Shown here in pieces: positions 23,255-24,639 of a stretch of DNA of 24,639 nt. The stretch covers positions 9,381 through 34,019 of the forward strand of contig CAYLKX010000002.1 in the NCBI GenBank assembly GCA_964384735.1, written 5' to 3'. The notes under the pieces were generated by a model. The model was not told the DNA's origin, did not search any database, and saw only the letters and a list, made by a program, of their open reading frames with translations. Every line of letters starts with the position of its first letter. The first letter of the stretch is position 1. Source of the stretch: an uncultured Candidatus Saccharibacteria bacterium (GTDB lineage Bacteria > Patescibacteriota > Minisyncoccia > Phycocordibacterales > Zambryskibacteraceae). The position numbers and the translations under genes are program-made.

Positions 23255-24358
23255 TTAAGTATGTTTCTGAGTTTTAGAAATCGCCAAGACAATCCCCACT
23301 TCAAACAAGCTCGCAAAGAGCGATGTTCCGCCATGCGAGACGAAAGGCAAAGTAATGCCCGACAAAGGCAAGACTCCTAGCATTGCGCCAATATTGACGA
23401 AGGCTTGGGCAATAATCATTATAACAATGCCCACAACTGTCAGTCTAGCAAAGAGATTCGGCACCCTTGAGGCCACCTTGAGCCCTCTAATGGCGAAGAG
23501 GAGGAAGATGCCTATCAGGATCACCGAGCCCAGAAAGCCGAATTCCTCTGCTGCTACGGCAAAAATGGAATCCCCTATTGGTTCTGGAAGGTAAGTAAAC
23601 TTCTGCACACTCTGGCCGAAGCCTCGCCCAAATATTTCACCCGAGCCAATGGCAATGAGCGACTGTTGGATCTGGTAACTCGCCCCTTGCGCATCAGCTG
23701 TAGGGTCGAGGAAGGTTTGGATACGCTTCATCACATATGGCCGAGTGAAAGCGAGAAGGGCTAGACCCAAAGCTCCGCACAAGGCCAGAGCGAGAATATT
23801 TTTCCACGGGCCACCAGCCGCAATGTACATGGCGAAGGAAGCAAAGACAATGATGAGGAAGGTGTCAGTGTCTGGTTGGAGCAAGAGGAGCCCGCCAGCT
23901 ACTCCAAGCAAAATGAGCATGGGCAAAAGTCCGTAGCGAAACTCCTTCACCCTCTCCTTCACACTCGAGAGCCAAGCGGCAAAGTAAATGACGAAAGCAA
24001 ATTTAAGAATCTCCGATGGTTGGAAAGAGACTCCTGCCAACATGATCCAGCGCCTAGCCCCACCGTGTTCGAAGCCGATTGAAGGTACCAAAACCAAAAT
24101 GTTTAAGAAGATGGCGAAGAGGAAGAGGTAGAAGGCCGATGAGCGCCAAATCTTGTAATCGAGGCGCGAGGTGATGATCATGGCGATAGAGCCAAGGAGA
24201 AGACCGAGAACAACTTGGGAGAAGGTGATGCTCGAGTAATTACTCCCCTCTTTAGCCAAGAGCCCAAGTGAAGCGGAGGAGAAGATGAAGAACCCCGCCA
24301 CGATTAAGATGATGGTGAAAATTAGAAATGTTTTATCAATCTTAGAACCTTTAGACAT
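23255..24358 (-). CDS. ftsW: SEDS peptidoglycan glycosyltransferase FtsW
   Basis: GARRWI, SFQPSEILK, LQPD, YQIQQSLIAIGSG, YLPEP..D.IF, LPFVSHGG; directly upstream of murG. Confidence 0.9.
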   Translation of the reverse strand: MSKGSKIDKTFLIFTIILIVAGFFIFSSASLGLLAKEGSNYSSITFSQVVLGLLLGSIAMIITSRLDYKIWRSSAFYLFLFAIFLNILVLVPSIGFEHGGARRWIMLAGVSFQPSEILKFAFVIYFAAWLSSVKERVKEFRYGLLPMLILLGVAGGLLLLQPDTDTFLIIVFASFAMYIAAGGPWKNILALALCGALGLALLAFTRPYVMKRIQTFLDPTADAQGASYQIQQSLIAIGSGEIFGRGFGQSVQKFTYLPEPIGDSIFAVAAEEFGFLGSVILIGIFLLFAIRGLKVASRVPNLFARLTVVGIVIMIIAQAFVNIGAMLGVLPLSGITLPFVSHGGTSLFASLFEVGIVLAISKTQKHT

Positions 24359-24376
24359 AACTTCCCTAATTGTAGC

Positions 24377-24639
24377 CTATTTCAATACCAAATCGAAGTT
24401 GATGCGACCAATAATCTGCCCGCGAGGCGTCTTCACATCCACTCGCCAACGACCAGGGGTGAAGTTATATTTTGTCGAATAAGTGCGGAAGCCCTCTGCC
24501 CTACCCCCAGTGAGGTGAAGTGGGATCCGAGTGGCAGTGATCCACTCACCTTGATCATTTTGATACTGCCAATCATGATAAATATCTAAATTAATACTCC
24601 CCGGAGCGAAGATGGCTGTATAAGCATTGAGAGCCTCAC
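24377..24639 (-). CDS. DUF2914-like protein, C-terminal part (gene starts beyond the window)
   Basis: Translated by hand: ...AYTAIFAPG...YHDWQY...GGRAEGFRTYSTK...PGRWRVDVKTPRGQIIGRINF..LK*. Confidence 0.6.
   Translation of the reverse strand, partial: EALNAYTAIFAPGSINLDIYHDWQYQNDQGEWITATRIPLHLTGGRAEGFRTYSTKYNFTPGRWRVDVKTPRGQIIGRINFDLVLK

Noticed and set aside
99-24482. Many short antisense or alternative-frame ORFs in the track (e.g. 4707-5108, 14920-15396, 21193-21597, 7876-8187, 10269-10760)
   Set aside because: They overlap well-supported genes and have no SD, promoter or recognisable motifs; they are shadow ORFs
24377-24639. Apparent frameshift in the terminal DUF2914-like ORF
   Set aside because: Recounting the C5 run at 24504-24508 keeps a single frame (LTGGRAEG)

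Overview
Core-genome window of a Patescibacteria/CPR bacterium, most like Parcubacteria. This assignment is inferred from gene content and the compact gene forms. The standard code 11 applies, since TGA is used as a stop. Housekeeping genes: gyrB, mraZ-rsmH-ftsL-like-ftsI, tRNA-Glu(CUC), yqeY, rmuC, rplU, recR, dnaB, cysS, an S41 protease, a shortened rplI, rpmA, a lysozyme-like transglycosylase, a Xer-type tyrosine recombinase, gltX, murG, ftsW and a partial DUF2914-like gene. About ten orphan ORFs sit between them, mostly with a sigma70 promoter, an SD sequence and a long GC-rich hairpin. Most notable observations: (1) a 28-bp 11-6-11 palindrome with dif-like geometry just upstream of the xer gene; (2) GluRS running in frame into a prepilin-like membrane peptide; (3) a three-cassette array bounded by near-identical bulged hairpins; (4) CGAAT/ATTCG arrays with ~10-bp period in front of gyrB, mraZ and dnaB; (5) a ~70-bp inverted-repeat element ending exactly at the ATG of yqeY and rplI, with a relative at recR; (6) several palindromes inserted in frame in rsmH; (7) C-terminally truncated CysRS and L9. 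All family calls come from motif recognition by eye; no searches were run.
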